From: Eledone cirrhosa
Taxonomy: Eukaryota
Length of the DNA: 64,000 bases
Direction of reading: 5' to 3'
NCBI GenBank assembly: GCA_964016885.1
Contig: OZ024743.1
Coordinates: forward strand, 151,032,001 to 151,096,000
Part shown: in pieces, positions 41,669 to 55,296 of the stretch
Numbering within the stretch: position 1 is the first letter of the stretch
Layout of the letters: each line of letters begins with the position of its first letter
The notes under the pieces: model-generated
The model's database searches: none
What the model saw: the letters and a program-made list of their open reading frames with translations, nothing else
Told to the model about the DNA's origin: nothing
Made by a program: the position numbers and the translations under genes

Positions 41669-42556
41669 TATTCAATTTTTTATCAATTTAGAATCTTTTT
41701 CTCAAAGGCACATATATATATATACACTTCTTTTAAAAATATACCCATCTTTCTACCTTATTTCAAAGGTTATTATACATTCTATAATACTTGTTACTCA
41801 TTCTACATCGCTCCTAATTATCACTTCCCTTTCTTCTCTTCTTCTTTTAATGTCTAACCCTTAATCTGTACCTTTTCTCACTCTTGCCTAACATAGAATC
41901 AATTATTACATAATACAATACATTCTTACTCTATATCACCTTGTAAAAATCCTTCGTAAACATATACATTTTTTTGACGTTAGATTATTCATCCTCAATT
42001 CATTATTCTTTTCTCCCTTTCATCTAACTCATTCATGCTCATCTCACAATATTTCCTTACTTAAATAACCTGTTGTTCCTTTTAATAATACATATCAACA
42101 TTTTCTTAACATCGCACATATTATTAAACCCTTAAATATTATTCTCAATACATATTAACATTTTCTTTTTCATCGCACATATTATCAAACCCCTCAATAT
42201 ACAAACCTTAACTTTACATTATTTTTCTCTTCGTTAATTTTCAAATTCTTTTAATTTATACATTATCTTCCAACGGTTTTCAACCTCTCTATGTAAAACA
42301 ATATATCTTTCTCAGTTATAAAAGCTATCTCTCTCTCTCTATCACCCATCTCTCCTTCTATCTCATCCTTCCTCATTATACTCCTCCCTCTCCACTTTTT
42401 ACTCTCATCTCCTCCGCTTTTTCATCCTTTCCAACCCCCCCTCTAAATAAAATATTTTTCCCAATATCACACATCAATCTAAAACTACCTCTCATATGTT
42501 GATTTAAAACTGAACTATCCACAAGTGTTTTTTAACCTTCATATCATGTCTTCCTG

Positions 42557-42623
42557 TTTTATCTGATGAAAACACAAATATTATTGCATGATGATATTTG
42601 TTTTTGAAATGCGCATAATAAAA
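42557..42623 (+). ncRNA. Minimal type I hammerhead ribozyme at the Naiad 3' end
   Basis: TTTTAT-CTGATGA-(~15-bp stem II, GCAT loop)-GAAA-T-GCGC-A-TA-ATAAAA. Palindromic GCGC loop III, AUA triplet. Confidence 0.88.
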
Positions 42624-42747
42624 TACATGGAACTCTTTTAACCATCTTTTGTTCTTATATATATATAGTATGTATATATATATATATATATATATATAGT
42701 ATGTATATATAAATATATATGTATATATATATATATATAAATATATA

Positions 42748-42878
<131 letters not shown>

Positions 42879-42914
42879 TATATGTATATATATATATATA
42901 TATATAAATATATA

Positions 42915-43119
<205 letters not shown>

Positions 43120-43180
43120 TATAATATGTATATATATATATATATATAAATATATATGTATATATATATATATATATAAA

Positions 43181-43232
<52 letters not shown>

Positions 43233-43267
43233 TATATACATTTATATATATACATTTATATATATAC

Positions 43268-43311
<44 letters not shown>

Positions 43312-43332
43312 TGTATATATATATATATATAG

Positions 43333-43400
<68 letters not shown>

Positions 43401-43583
43401 TGTATATATATATAGTATGTATATATATATATATATATATAGTATGTATATATATATATATATATATATAGATATATATATATAGTATGTATATATATAT
43501 ACTATATATATATATATATATATAGTATGTATATATATATATATATGTATATATAGTATGTGTATATATATATATATATATAT

Positions 43584-43836
<253 letters not shown>

Positions 43837-44027
43837 TGTATATATATATATATATATATATAGTATGTGTATATATATATATATATATATAGTATGTATA
43901 TATATATATATATAGTATGTATATATATATATATATATATAGTATGTATATATATATATATATATATAGTATGTATATATATATATATATATATAGTATG
44001 TATATATATATATATATATATATATAG

Positions 44028-44064
<37 letters not shown>

Positions 44065-44184
44065 TGTATATATATATATATATATAGTATGTATATATAT
44101 ATATATATATATATATAGTATGTATATATATATATATATATAGTATGTATATATATAGTATATATATATAGTATATATATATAG

Positions 44185-46440
44185 CGGGTGGATACCGAAA
44201 GGGTCCACAGTGGATCTGCAACGACTGCGCATCGTTAAGGGCATTATGTTTGCAATTTTAACGTATGCTAAGGGAAGTAACTCTGAGTAAGTCTTGGTTG
44301 TAGCGTTGACAGTATTGGTAACACTGTTGAGGTCTCACAGTTACTATGACTACCACCATTTTTCCAATCTAAAAAAAGTGTTTAAATAAAAGTTTGAAAG
44401 CAGATGCAATAGAGAGAAGTTCCAGCTAGATCTTGCCAATAAAATCTCCATATAGTTTAAATGCACAAGTCTCCGATATCCAAGTGGTTCAAAAATGTCA
44501 GCAGAAGGACACCTAGGAGTCATGACCTGGAGTCGGCCTTATCCCCCTAAAGTGTAAGAAGTTAAGGGCCAAATTACTTGCATGAAGGGGGTTTCTTCTC
44601 TGAAGACCTTCTGCTGTCCAGCTCTCCTGGAAGTTTCTATTACCACTGTTGAAACCTAAAAGTATGATCATGTTTAAATATATAAGTATATCTAAGTATA
44701 CTTATTTCAAAAAACATAAGAGTATGTGTAATAGTATGCACGTATATAAACATATGCAAACTACCCATACACTAGCATCAATACTTATAATGCATACACA
44801 AGCATACACACATCTACATGTGCACACTCATATACAGATATATATATATATATATGCACATGCAAACATATATATTTACACACAAAAAATGTTATCAACA
44901 TTAAGCTCAATAAAGATACGAATAAAGACCCTTTACATACAACACCCACATAAACACATAGTTATACACACAAGTATGGCTCCACAGATATATACAGCCA
45001 TAAACACCAGTCTATGCCAACTTAGGTTAATTAATCAAAAGGGGAAAATATTGTTTATACATAAAAAGGACAGGGACTAAAAGGGTGCATCTAAAATTAA
45101 CTCTAAAAAATAAGAGAATAATTACCTGCTCATATAGTTAAATAGTTATTATACAGAGACAAAATCAATAAAAGGGTAAGTATACAATGATACACCAGAC
45201 GGGTGTGTGGGATAAATCACAAACTATGTATATATAACAACATATGGCACCAAAATGTATAGAAGAAAACTATATAGGTAACATAGCAATCCCAAACTGG
45301 CATCAGTGTATAGACTTATACAAACATATAAGACAATATGATATGTAACAATCAAGACAACTTAAAGAGACCATACACTAATTTTAACTAATACATTTAA
45401 TATTATGTAAGATCAAATCTCTTAAGAAAAATAAGTGTGGATTTTTAAGCAGACAAGTAGAAAGAATTTCTGATTTGCTATTTAGGATTGTATCTTTAGA
45501 GTTAATATGGAGGGTCAGTAAGGAACAGATTGCATCTGAAATTCCCAGGCCTATATGATGAAGCTCTCGAGAGAATAACTGGTGTTTGGCTTTTTCAAAA
45601 TCCTAAATAGAATGGGCCAGGGAAGTGGAGTTCCTTAATTTTTTTGTTTTTAAGAGTGTAGATGGGAGTAATAATGAGATTTGAAATTTTTTAATGTTGC
45701 ACCAATATAGAATTTTTTGCTGTGGAGTGGTAATACAGTAATCAGTAAAGAACATTATTCCTAAGGCAGTTACCCTTAAATGGGCATGTGTAAGGTTTCT
45801 ATAATTACACTTACATTAAAAAAGTCATTATGAGTATTTGGAGTTACAATATTATTTGTGGCAGTGTTATTAGTGAAGTAGTTTAATCTATTAAAAGATC
45901 TATCGAATGTATAACATTTATTTATCTTATCCAGTGTTCCAATTAACTTATTGATTTTCATATTATTACTGGAAGCTATGGGTTCTGCTGGATTTGGGAT
46001 AGTGGAAAATGATAACATAATAGTATTCTTATTTAACAGTTTATTATATTTGCGACCTAGGGAAAAGATCTTTTTATAATATAATAAAAAATATTTGTAG
46101 TATTTTAAATGCACTGTGTTTAGTAAAAGGTGGATTGAATGAAGTAGTGGGTCTTCTGCAGTTACTTTTGGCTATTCTGTTGAGAGTGTTGACGCATTCA
46201 GAAGGAAGAACACATTTAGAGGGTGTCACAGAGGAATAATTTTTTGTGCCTTCATAATAATTATTATTTTTAGATTTAATAGGGCAAGTTATTATCATAC
46301 TTATGATGATGTAGGGCCTTACAAAAGGTAATATCATGTTGAATTAGCTAATTAGGTTTATGAGGTTTTGATTTTCATGAACAGGATTGGCATGTGCAGC
46401 TGGGTTGGAAGTGGTACGACTGGCAGGTGTAAAATCATGG
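44185..46440 (-). mobile_element. Old, degenerate Naiad-type PLE 3' half (boundaries uncertain)
   Basis: Minus-strand remnants SFNPPFTK, KLLNKNTIMLSFSTIPN, CPFKGNCLRNNVLY, FYIGATLKNFKSHYYSH, RCNLFLT and ILNSKSEILSTC at ~45430-46170. Extension to 44185 is inferred. Confidence 0.65.
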
Positions 46441-46454
46441 TGATACTTAACTTG

Positions 46455-47220
46455 ACAGAAGTGATCCCCGACTTGCACTTGATAGGTTTGATGCCGAGTG
46501 CTGCATTGCTGCAATGAAAATCAGTGCTGCGAAAACTGAGACATTCATCCTCTCAAGAAAGCCTACGCAGTTCATTCTACATGTGAATGGAGTTCCACTG
46601 AAGCAGGTAGAGAAGTTCAAGTATCTCAGGGTCATGTTCACAAGTGTTGGAAGGCAGGAGGCTGAATTAAGTGCAAGAATTGCAGGAGCTGGTGCAGTAA
46701 TGCTTCATCATTCGGTAATCAGAAAAAAGGAGTGTAAAAGCCAAACTCACTATCTTTGATTCAGTATTTTTGCCATCCCTTACCTATGGTCATGAATCTA
46801 TGGTAATGACCAAAAGAATACAATCGTGAATACAAGCAGCCGAAACAGGGTTCCTCTGAAGTGTCTTTGGAGTAACATTATTCAATAGAGTGCATAGCTG
46901 GGAGATCAGAGAGTCGCTCCAGGTAGAGCTGCTACTTCTCTGAATTGATAGATCATAGTTCCGATACTATGTGCATGTTATTAGAATGTCTTAAGAAGGA
47001 ATCGCTGGACAGATTTTATGGGTAAACCAACCAGCAGGTAACCAAGGGGTAGACCCCAAGCAAGATGGTTCAATAATATCCATGAGCTTGGCTGATCTCA
47101 CTTGGGGATCCAGTTGGATCAGTTGGAGATGGTTGCTTCTAACAGGACTCACTGGTAGGAGTGTTTGAGGGCTCAGCCCCCCATGACCCTCTCAGGAATA
47201 AGTGGGTGAAGAAGATGAGG
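46455..47220 (+). mobile_element. Old 5'-truncated RTE (family E) with GAA-type tail
   Basis: MKISAAKTE...LKQVEKFKYL, LTYGHES, GRP..RW; stops and frameshifts. Homologous to 57982-58440. Confidence 0.8.
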
Positions 47221-47314
47221 TTCATTAGGTTTAAAGCATTATAAATGATCTCCTTGTTACTCCTTATAGTATGTGTATGGCACTTATTCATATTAGTATT
47301 AAAGTAATATTCAT

Positions 47315-47500
47315 GGCTGGATCGGCAGTATCAGTAGAGCGTCAGACACTATGCTCTGCAGCATTGAGTTATGGCCCTTTACGTTTTGAGTTCAAATCTC
47401 ACCAAGCTTAACTTTGCCTTTCATCCTTATGGGGTCGATAAAATAAAGCACCAGTGATGCACAGAGATAATTGCTGGCCTTGTGCCAAAAGTAGAAACAA
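47315..47500 (+). mobile_element. tRNA-derived SINE (Nin-like domain)
   Basis: GAGTTCAAATC B box followed by AACTTTGCCTTTCATCC..GGGGTCGATAAAATAA; same family at 54750, 55130 and 56520. Confidence 0.7.
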
Positions 47501-47806
47501 TTATTCATATTCATATTATTATTACTTATGCTATATAAATTATTTGAAATACATTTACTTATGGCTATGGTAAAAGACCTACAAACCAGTGACTTGAGCT
47601 GAATCACTTGACTCCATAGTAATATCGAAATTATCCGGATGGCTTTCCTGGCTCAGAAACTACCATAAAATTCGATTATAGTTTTCCTAGCTGCAAGGAT
47701 AATACCAATTTTGAATTTAGTTAAGTCTCTTAAATTGTTAGCCAATAGAAGAATAATGGCTATCAATATCAAATTGCAGAAATTTGAGGATTTATTTATC
47801 ATTTAA

Positions 47807-48016
47807 CCCTTTAGCATTTAAACCAGTTGTATCCAGCCAGAATTCTCTCACCTCTTTCTGTTAAAACCAGCTGTAACCAGCCACTCATACTGATGTTCTC
47901 AAAATAAACAATATCAAAATCTCATAGATTCAATATAATGTGAGATAATTATGTGAGGTAAAGCCTTTATGGTGAAAATACAATCGTAAATATAGAGTAA
48001 TGTAAATGCTAAAGGG
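47807..48016. mobile_element. piggyBac-like MITE
   Basis: TIRs CCCTTTAGCATTTA/TAAATGCTAAAGGG flanked by TTAA on both sides; inverted homolog at 61583-61785. Confidence 0.8.
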
Positions 48017-48793
48017 TTAAACTATTTAACCAATTTATAACTTCATCCATTGTTACCTCATAATTCCAAAACTATATTTTGTTTAATTGTAGATATCTAA
48101 TTGTTTTTTTTTTTTTGCTTATTTTACTGATATTAGAAGTAGTAGGGCAGAGGGGTTATTATTAAAGTCAACTTTATGGTCTTTTAATGTTTCTCCTGTT
48201 TATTCCAGGGACTGTCCTGTATTTCTGCCAATATAAATTGTCACATCAATTCTGACAATCTTTGTTTTCCTGATGAGATGGTGCAGATAAATTGATGCAT
48301 TATCAGTGTGATTACATTGATAAAACAATTGTTTTTAATATTAATTGTGAATTAATTGTAGTTCTATGTGTACTAATCCAAACATGTCGAAAATAAACGT
48401 TGTTGATTTGATGGATTGTAACAAATTTACTCTGTTGTATGTGTAATGTGTAGTGTGTAATCCATGAAAGGCAGAGCACAAATGAGAAAAGAAAAATTGC
48501 ATACAAGCAGAATTGGATGTAGTGTGCAAGAGTGATACAAATGAAGGATGAAAGATGGGTAACAAATAGTGCTGAGCAATCCAAATGGAAAGAGCCTAAA
48601 GTAGAGGAAGTCAGAGAAAGATATGGAAAGAAGTGGTGAAGGCAAGCATCAGGAAGCTGAACCTCATGAAAAAGATAACAAAACGCCACAAGAATTGATG
48701 CAACAGTGTGATAGAAAAGTTCTATCCAATCCAAATAAAACAAGGAAAAATGGATGTAAAATGATGACAATGTGTATATATATAGTAATTTAC

Positions 48794-48938
48794 CTTTCAG
48801 ATTCAGTGAAATTTTGTTGACCAGTTACTCTTTTAAATAGCTGATTATAAGCAGTTTTGTGTTCTAAATACACAATATCCATTATCTTTATGGATATCAC
48901 TTGAAGAAATTGTACATCTAAATCTGGAAAATCAAAAC
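48794..48938 (-). CDS. CNTD1: CNTD1-like coding exon 5 (GFDFPDLDVQFLQVISIKIMDIVYLEHKTAYNQLFKRVTGQQNFTESER)
   Basis: ATAAG acceptor, AG|GTAAAT donor, 145 nt, phase 1 to 2, in frame with exon 4. Similar to human LLDLVYLLHEPIYESL. Confidence 0.85.
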
Positions 48939-50004
48939 CTTATAAATGAAAGAAAAAATGTAAATAGTTTAATGTATTTTATATGTTCTGATTGTAGGAG
49001 AAAATAATAATACATAATGAAATGGTATGAAAAACAGACAGACATTGTAATGTTTTATTTTTCATTATTTGCAATTTATTTTGTTCATGCTTCAAGATTA
49101 AGAATATTCAAAAAGTTAATACTCAATATGATATTTAACCAAAAGCAAAGAATAAAGAAAGATTTTTTTTTACCCTACATTTGGAGGAATTAACAGGGAT
49201 TTATATGAAGGCATTTATGATGTTCATGTGTAATAAACATACAAGAATCTTGCTATGATTGTTTGAAGCTGTAATAATGTTACAGCTATCTCAGTACCTG
49301 GTGAAAATGTCAGATACATATTTCTGTATTTTTGTCTATCATCAGTGACATTTATTCACTTGGTACTGGGACAAAAATAAGCTAAAGCATATATTAACTT
49401 TTTTGCATCTGAAACATAACTGGAGATGCTCATTTGCATACAGTGCAAACTTGACCAGTTAAGATTAATTAGTGGTAGCATTAACACAGCATGGTTTATA
49501 ATAGGGGTATATATGAAGGCATATACAATGTTAGAGTGTTGTAAATGTTTTAAGCTGTGTCACAGCTATTTTAGTAGCCAATGATAATGTCAAACATATG
49601 TTTCTGGATTTTTATCCATCATCGATGAAAATGACTCACTTGGTGCTATGTCAATGCTACCACTAGCTAATACTATGAATTATACCAAAAAGAATTACCT
49701 AAAAGTATAAATTCAGTCATAATTTAATAAAAAGAAAAAAACAAAGCAGGAGAATTAAGATTCAATAAATTTTATATTGAGGCACAAAGTTTTATAAAGA
49801 GTTAATATAATTGATTGACTCATCCTATATAATACTGATACTTTTATTATCAGACACTGGAATGATGTGAGAAAAAAGTCAATTATGGCTGGATTGGATT
49901 CAAAAGAAAGAGATCCCAAAAGATTGAAAAACATCTATGCCTGTCATCCTCAGTAAAATAACATAACACCTGTCATCTTCAGTAAAATAATACTTTTTTT
50001 AATT

Positions 50005-50205
50005 CTTTTATTGGTTTTAGTCATTAGACTGCAGCTATGTTGAAGCACCATATCAACCTTAGTACTTATTTTCAAGCCTTATACTAATTTTTGTTCAACA
50101 GCTAAGATACAGGACATAAACACTGATGGGTTTATGTACCAAATTACACTCACAAAGCATTGGGTGGCCCATGGCTATGATAGAAAACATGTGCACAAAG
50201 TGCTG
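50005..50205 (-). mobile_element. Decayed SINE whose 3' end resembles the CR1/L2 LINE tail
   Basis: CTTTTATTGGTTTTAGTCATTAGACTGCAGCTATGTTGAAGCACC aligns with CTTTTACCTGTTTCAGCCATCCGGCTGAGGCCATGCTGGGGCACC. Confidence 0.55.
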
Positions 50206-51904
50206 CACAGTGGGACTGTACTCAGAACTAATTGATTGCAAAGCAAAATTCTTAACTATTCAGTCATGCGTGTACAACATTTTTGAATATCAAAAATGTT
50301 CCCTTAGTGAAATCTAATCCTTTAAACAAAATCTATGTTATAATTTATTGAGCTAGTATCAAAGAATATGTTATATCTACAAATTTAATAAGGATATCAA
50401 TTTACATTATCATACTTAAAAATATTTAAATAAAATAAAATACAAAACAGCATTTCCTAAGAGCACGATATAGCTGAGTGGTTAACCCCTTCACATGTAT
50501 CTTAAATGAAATAAATTGCCTATGTGTTTCAATCAATTTTAAAATAGCCAAACATTGGGAAGATTTTATAAAATAGCTGAGTTTTTTATTAATAAGCTGA
50601 TGTTGAGAACATTATTTAAGAAAAAATTATCTAAAATAAAATTACAATGAAATGTTATAATATAAGCACAATTATTTTAAAATCAGTAGTTTTGTATTGT
50701 AGCAAGCTACTTTGCTTTGGCACATTGATACCCTTTCAGTACGTTATTTGGCTAAGTTAAGCCAATCGTGATCCACGTACAGATATGTATTTTCAACATC
50801 CACCCAAACCGAGAAATTCTCGCTTCTTTTAATAAATTTGATCTCTTGCAGCTTGACCTTGCTAAGGTAAACCCCTATTCTTATTTTGCTCCGCAACCAA
50901 CAGCCAATATGTAACCAACAATAAAACCACGGTCTGGCTTCTCACTTCAGCCAGTGAACCGTGCCTAACTGAAACCTTAATTTTGTTTGTTCATTTCTTT
51001 TGGCATGCGAACCCAGCTTAATCAAGCTCTTCTCACCTTAAACCTTGTTAATAAATTCTGTTACAATGAACTACAAATTGTCTTTGACATTATTTTATCT
51101 TACAGCAAACTTGTTGACATTACTTGCTGCTAAAAGTATTACTATACATCTAAAATGGTGAACTCTGTTGATACACAATACACAAATAATAACTATTATT
51201 AACTATTATTCTTTTAACTGCTTCACTGGTGACCCGCCATGCGAATATTTCCGAACTAAATGTTCCTCTAAAAAAAAAAAAAGAAGTAGTATTTAAAAAA
51301 AAAAAAACATGCAACCTTTCTTGTATTGTATTGACACACCATGTAAAAACTTTTTTGTTGATATGCTGACATGAGATCACGTTGTTTACCTTCAATAAAC
51401 TGCCACAGAAGACATTCCTTTGAAGAAAAATTAGCAGTATTTTTAAAAAATTACACCACAAAAAAAATTTTTTTTTCAACATGGCTTCCATTGGCAACAT
51501 CAACAACTTCAGCAGCAGCGACATTGGTTATTTTACCATAAACCACACAGAAAGAATGCTTTCAAAATTTCGTCAACTTAAGCAGCAACAATGTGGCAGT
51601 GTTATAGTCTTACCGCTGTACCCACCACACCGAATCATGGGATTACAGCTACAATTACGCCAACCACGACCCATCAACAGATTCAACCTGTTGCTTTCTT
51701 TTCAAAGCAACTTTAACCATTTTTCTGGCTGTCAAGCACTTTAGGCATTCACTGGGAGGCCGACAATTTCTCGCCTACCCATCAATTCCTTGCCAGCACC
51801 TGCGAATATTGACTTGCATTTTATGGCTACAGAACAGTCATTGGATCTCTCTTCACCGGAATTAGCAATCGGCAAATGCAGATACATGCCTGTACTCAGC
51901 TACT

Positions 51905-52810
51905 GGTAAACTACCATAACAGCTTCAACTACACAGCTCTAGTACAATATTTACCATAACAGCTTCATCTACACAGCTCTGGTAAAACAATTACCATAAC
52001 AGTTTCAGCTACACAGCTCTGGTACAATATCTACCATAACAGCTTCATCCACACAGCTCTGGTACAACAATTACCATAACAGCTTCATCTACACAGCTCT
52101 GGTAAAACGATTACCATAACAGAAGTCATTGGAAACCGCGGAGTGGGCAGACCCAAGAAGACCTGGGATGAGGTGATAAAAGCCGACCTTACCCAATTAC
52201 ACCTCTCAAAGGCGATGACACACGACTGTGACCTCTGGCGTCACGCAGTAATACAGAGTACCCGACCTCCCATGGGTACAAGCTGAAGCATATAGACAAT
52301 ATGCCCCCCCCCCCTCCACTGCAAGGTGGTCGTGAAGGTGACACGGCAAAAAAGCACCCAGCCCACACTGTAAAGTGGACGTGTAGACGCCACGAAAAAG
52401 CACCCAGCACTCACTGTAAATGAGGTTGGTGTTAGGAAGGGCATCCAGCTGTAGAAATCAAGCCAAATCAGTTCCTGTATGAGCAAGGCATGGTCAGCCG
52501 ACCAGACACTGCCACAACAGGACAACCCGTCTAACCCATGCTAACGTGGAAGAACGGACGTAAAACGGTGATGATGATGATGATGATGATGATAACAGCT
52601 TCATCCACACAGCTCTGGTAAAACGATTACCATAACAGCTAACACAGCTCTGGTAAAACTATTACCATAACAGTTCTGGTACAACGAGTACCACAACAGC
52701 TAACACAGCTCTGGTAAAACTATTACCATAACAGCAATACAGCTCTGGTAGAACACTATGAACAGCATAATCATTGACAACAGCTACTGGTAAAACAATT
52801 ACCATAGCAA
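51905..52810 (+). repeat. ~35-40-bp minisatellite (TTACCATAACAGCTTCATCYACACAGCTCTGGTAAAACAA) inside the LTR element
   Basis: About 10 degenerate tandem units visible, interrupted by an RTE. Confidence 0.88.
52121..52593 (+). mobile_element. 5'-truncated RTE family A copy with short TSD
   Basis: Matches ~4237-4699; ATAAC(AG) is present at both junctions. Confidence 0.92.
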
Positions 52811-54479
52811 CTAACATTTAATGCAAGAACAGCAACTTTTCACCCATGTCAGACTTTATCCATTTTCTATTAGACCCCGGATCGTCATGTATAAATAGCA
52901 AACAGCTAGTCATTTAACACAGCGGCTCACAATTTTCTTCTTGCATGCATTCATTCATTCGTTCAATTTTTTTCATTGATGTACTCTTTTTCAGCATTTT
53001 CCTACTGGATCAATGCGAAATCAATTTTTTATTATTTATCGCCCTACCGGTTTAAACAGGGGGTATTGTAGCAGGCTACTTTCCTTTGGCACATTTATAC
53101 CCTTTCCGTACGTTATTTGGCTAAGTTAAGCCAGTCGTGATCCGCGTACGGATATGTATTTTCAACTTCCGCCCATCCCGAGAAATTCCCGCTTCTTTTA
53201 ATAAATTCGATCTCTTGCAGCTTGACCTTGCTAAGGTAAACACCTATTCTTATTTTGCTCTGCAACCAATATGTAACCAACATAACCACGGCCTGGCTTC
53301 TCACTTCAGCCAGTGAACCGTGCCTAACTGAAACCTTAATTTTGTTTGTTCATTTCTTTTGGCATGCCAACCCAGCTTAATCAAGCTCTTCTCACCTTAA
53401 ACCTTGTTAATAAATTCTGTTACAATGAACTACAAATTGTCGACATTATTTTATCTTACAGCAAACTCGTTGACATTACTCGCTGCTAAAAGTATTACTA
53501 TACATCTAAAATGGTGAACTCTGTTTATACACAATTCACAAATAATAACTATTAACTATCATTCTTTTTAACTGCTTCAGTATCATAAATCCAGAGCAGT
53601 TTCAAACAGATTGGTATTAAAAGGGTTAAGAAATTCACTTTGTAACCTTGTGGTTGCACGTTTTATCCCACTGTACAGCAGACTAGGCAAATAATATATT
53701 ATAGCCTCAAGTAAATCAATGCCTTGTCAGTAGACTTTGCCAAACAGAAACTGAGTAGACGCCTATCCTATGTATATATGTGTGTTTATGTAAACATGCA
53801 TGTATCTATCTTTCTCTGTTGTAAACATCGGAGGTGATTAAAAAGCAAACTGTACTTTCAAATTGACTGAGTGGCATTTGTTCTGCAATAGTTGCACAAA
53901 CACTCTGTTGTCACACCCTCTGTCACTTATACAGTGAATCAGTGATTGGCCCACTGAAAATATTTAACCAATGATGCTACTGTTTTCAAAATGTGATATA
54001 CAGTAAAGAAATGAAATAACATTTCTTAATACATGATGAGAGCAGTGAAACAAAATTGATTTTGATTAATTTACAAGCTAAATGACCTCATTTAAATCAC
54101 TAATATTCTTGAGAAATAGTCTAAAGCTTGTCTCAAGCTTGGAAGCTCATCAGACCAGTGCTTATTCTGGTTTTCATGGTGTTAAATGACTGAGATTACA
54201 AGACTTCTCCCTGGACAGGATGCTAGTCCATTGTAGGTTAAACCGCCAGCTATAGCTGGTACTCATTTTCAGCTGAGTATAATGGAACAACGTGAAATGA
54301 AGTGTTTTGTTCAAGAACACTATACCCAATTTACAGTAATAGCTAAGTATCTTCACTATGGACATAGCACAACAATAGTGATAGGATACAAACTGCTGAA
54401 CTTTCAGTTGGTTGCCTGCTAAAAAGTAAATTAACACATATTTAAACAAATATTGTAATGTGAACTAAATATAACTCAC

Positions 54480-54642
54480 CCAAAATTTCCAAAATGATTT
54501 CTAAGGAAGTTACAGGAGATACAGTGGATACTTCATAATTTAATGTTTTAAGAACACGTATTTCAGATTGTAGAATACTTTCTGTACTGTAATTCAGGTC
54601 AAATTCTGACAAGAAGTTCCTGATTTGGGAATTTATAATGAC
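54480..54642 (-). CDS. CNTD1: CNTD1-like coding exon 4 (VIINSQIRNFLSEFDLNYSTESILQSEIRVLKTLNYEVSTVSPVTSLEIILEILG)
   Basis: TTTAG acceptor, G|GTGAG donor, 163 nt, phase 0 to 1. Cyclin-box SExxVLKxLxF/Y motif. Not in the ORF track; translated by hand. Confidence 0.9.
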
Positions 54643-54749
54643 CTAAAGTAATAATAACAATATGTGTAGTATTTCTTTTTATATAATGCCAACAGAAATA
54701 TTATAATATAGGTTGTTTGATTTTTATAATTATTGGTTTCTAACAATGA

Positions 54750-54895
54750 AGGTGGTGAATTGGCAGAGTTGTTAGAACGTTGGATAGAGTGCTTTGCAGT
54801 ATTCATTCTGGCTCTCTGCTCTCCGAGTTCAAATCCCATCAAGGTCAACTTTGTCTTTCATTCTTTCAAGGTCGATAAAAAAAAAAGTACCAGTC
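54750..54895 (+). mobile_element. tRNA-derived SINE
   Basis: AAGGTGGTGAATTGGCAGA...GAGTTCAAATCC...GGTCAACTTTGTCTTTCAT..GGTCGATAAAA. Confidence 0.7.
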
Positions 54896-55129
54896 TAGTA
54901 TATTCTTCCTGTATATCTCTTTCCCACATTTTCTCTCTCACATTCTATCCTTCTCCAGAAGTAATCTGCTATGTTCAAACCTAGAGAAGGATGAGCTTCG
55001 CCAAGTTTAAAAATGCCTAAAAAACACTGTATGCCACTACAGCGCCCCCTATGATTCCATCAGGAGTCATGAGACTACACCAAACAATGGTACAATTTCG
55101 CAATTTTCGTTTTAATGGGGTGTGGTTGA

Positions 55130-55296
55130 TTAAATCCACCCATTTCCTTAACTGGCATTTGTCTTTTTTTTCAACCCTTACAGAATGAAGAATAAGGTTT
55201 ATTGCTGTCAGATTTGAGCTCAGAACATAAAAGGTGATAAGTAAGTACCACACAGCTTTTGCTTCGATGTTGCAATGATTCTGCCAATTCACCTTT
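55130..55296 (-). mobile_element. Decayed tRNA-derived SINE
   Basis: Reverse complement of the same family (TTCTGCCAATTCACCTT head). Confidence 0.6.

Larger units (their letters stand above)
39141..42657. mobile_element. Naiad-type Penelope-like element, 5'-truncated, as a 3.5-kb inverted structure
   Basis: Left arm 39233-40696 is the reverse complement of 41195-42657. The plus copy encodes the linker KNIIWYNAPFS...SKIFNKHTIKFSYSTSSN, a Cys cluster CNCPIKNKCPL and a GIY-YIG domain. Confidence 0.9.
50698..53579 (+). mobile_element. Internally deleted Ty3/Gypsy LTR retrotransposon
   Basis: LTRs 50698-51225 and 53067-53579 (TG...CA), 4-bp TSD GTAT, PBS TGGTGACCCG (tRNA-Trp-like), PPT AAACAGGGGG, RNase H remnant AVKHFRHSLGGRQF at ~51728-51770. 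Confidence 0.9.
50486..53625. mobile_element. piggyBac-like MITE split by the LTR element and itself inserted in a SINE head
   Basis: TTAA-CCCCTT at 50482 and AAAAGGG-TTAA at 53626. The flanks rejoin as TAGCTGAGTGGTTAA|GAAATTCACTTTGTAACC. Related element at ~62327-62552. Confidence 0.6.

Noticed and set aside
47660-47740. Tc1-like transposase N-terminal remnant (minus DLTKFKIGIILAAR)
   Set aside because: Too short and degenerate to support as a feature; no TIRs identified.
48312-48430. Candidate CNTD1 exon 6 (SKFVTIHQ...)
   Set aside because: Needs a weak GAG acceptor and the following peptide does not resemble the CNTD1 C-terminus.
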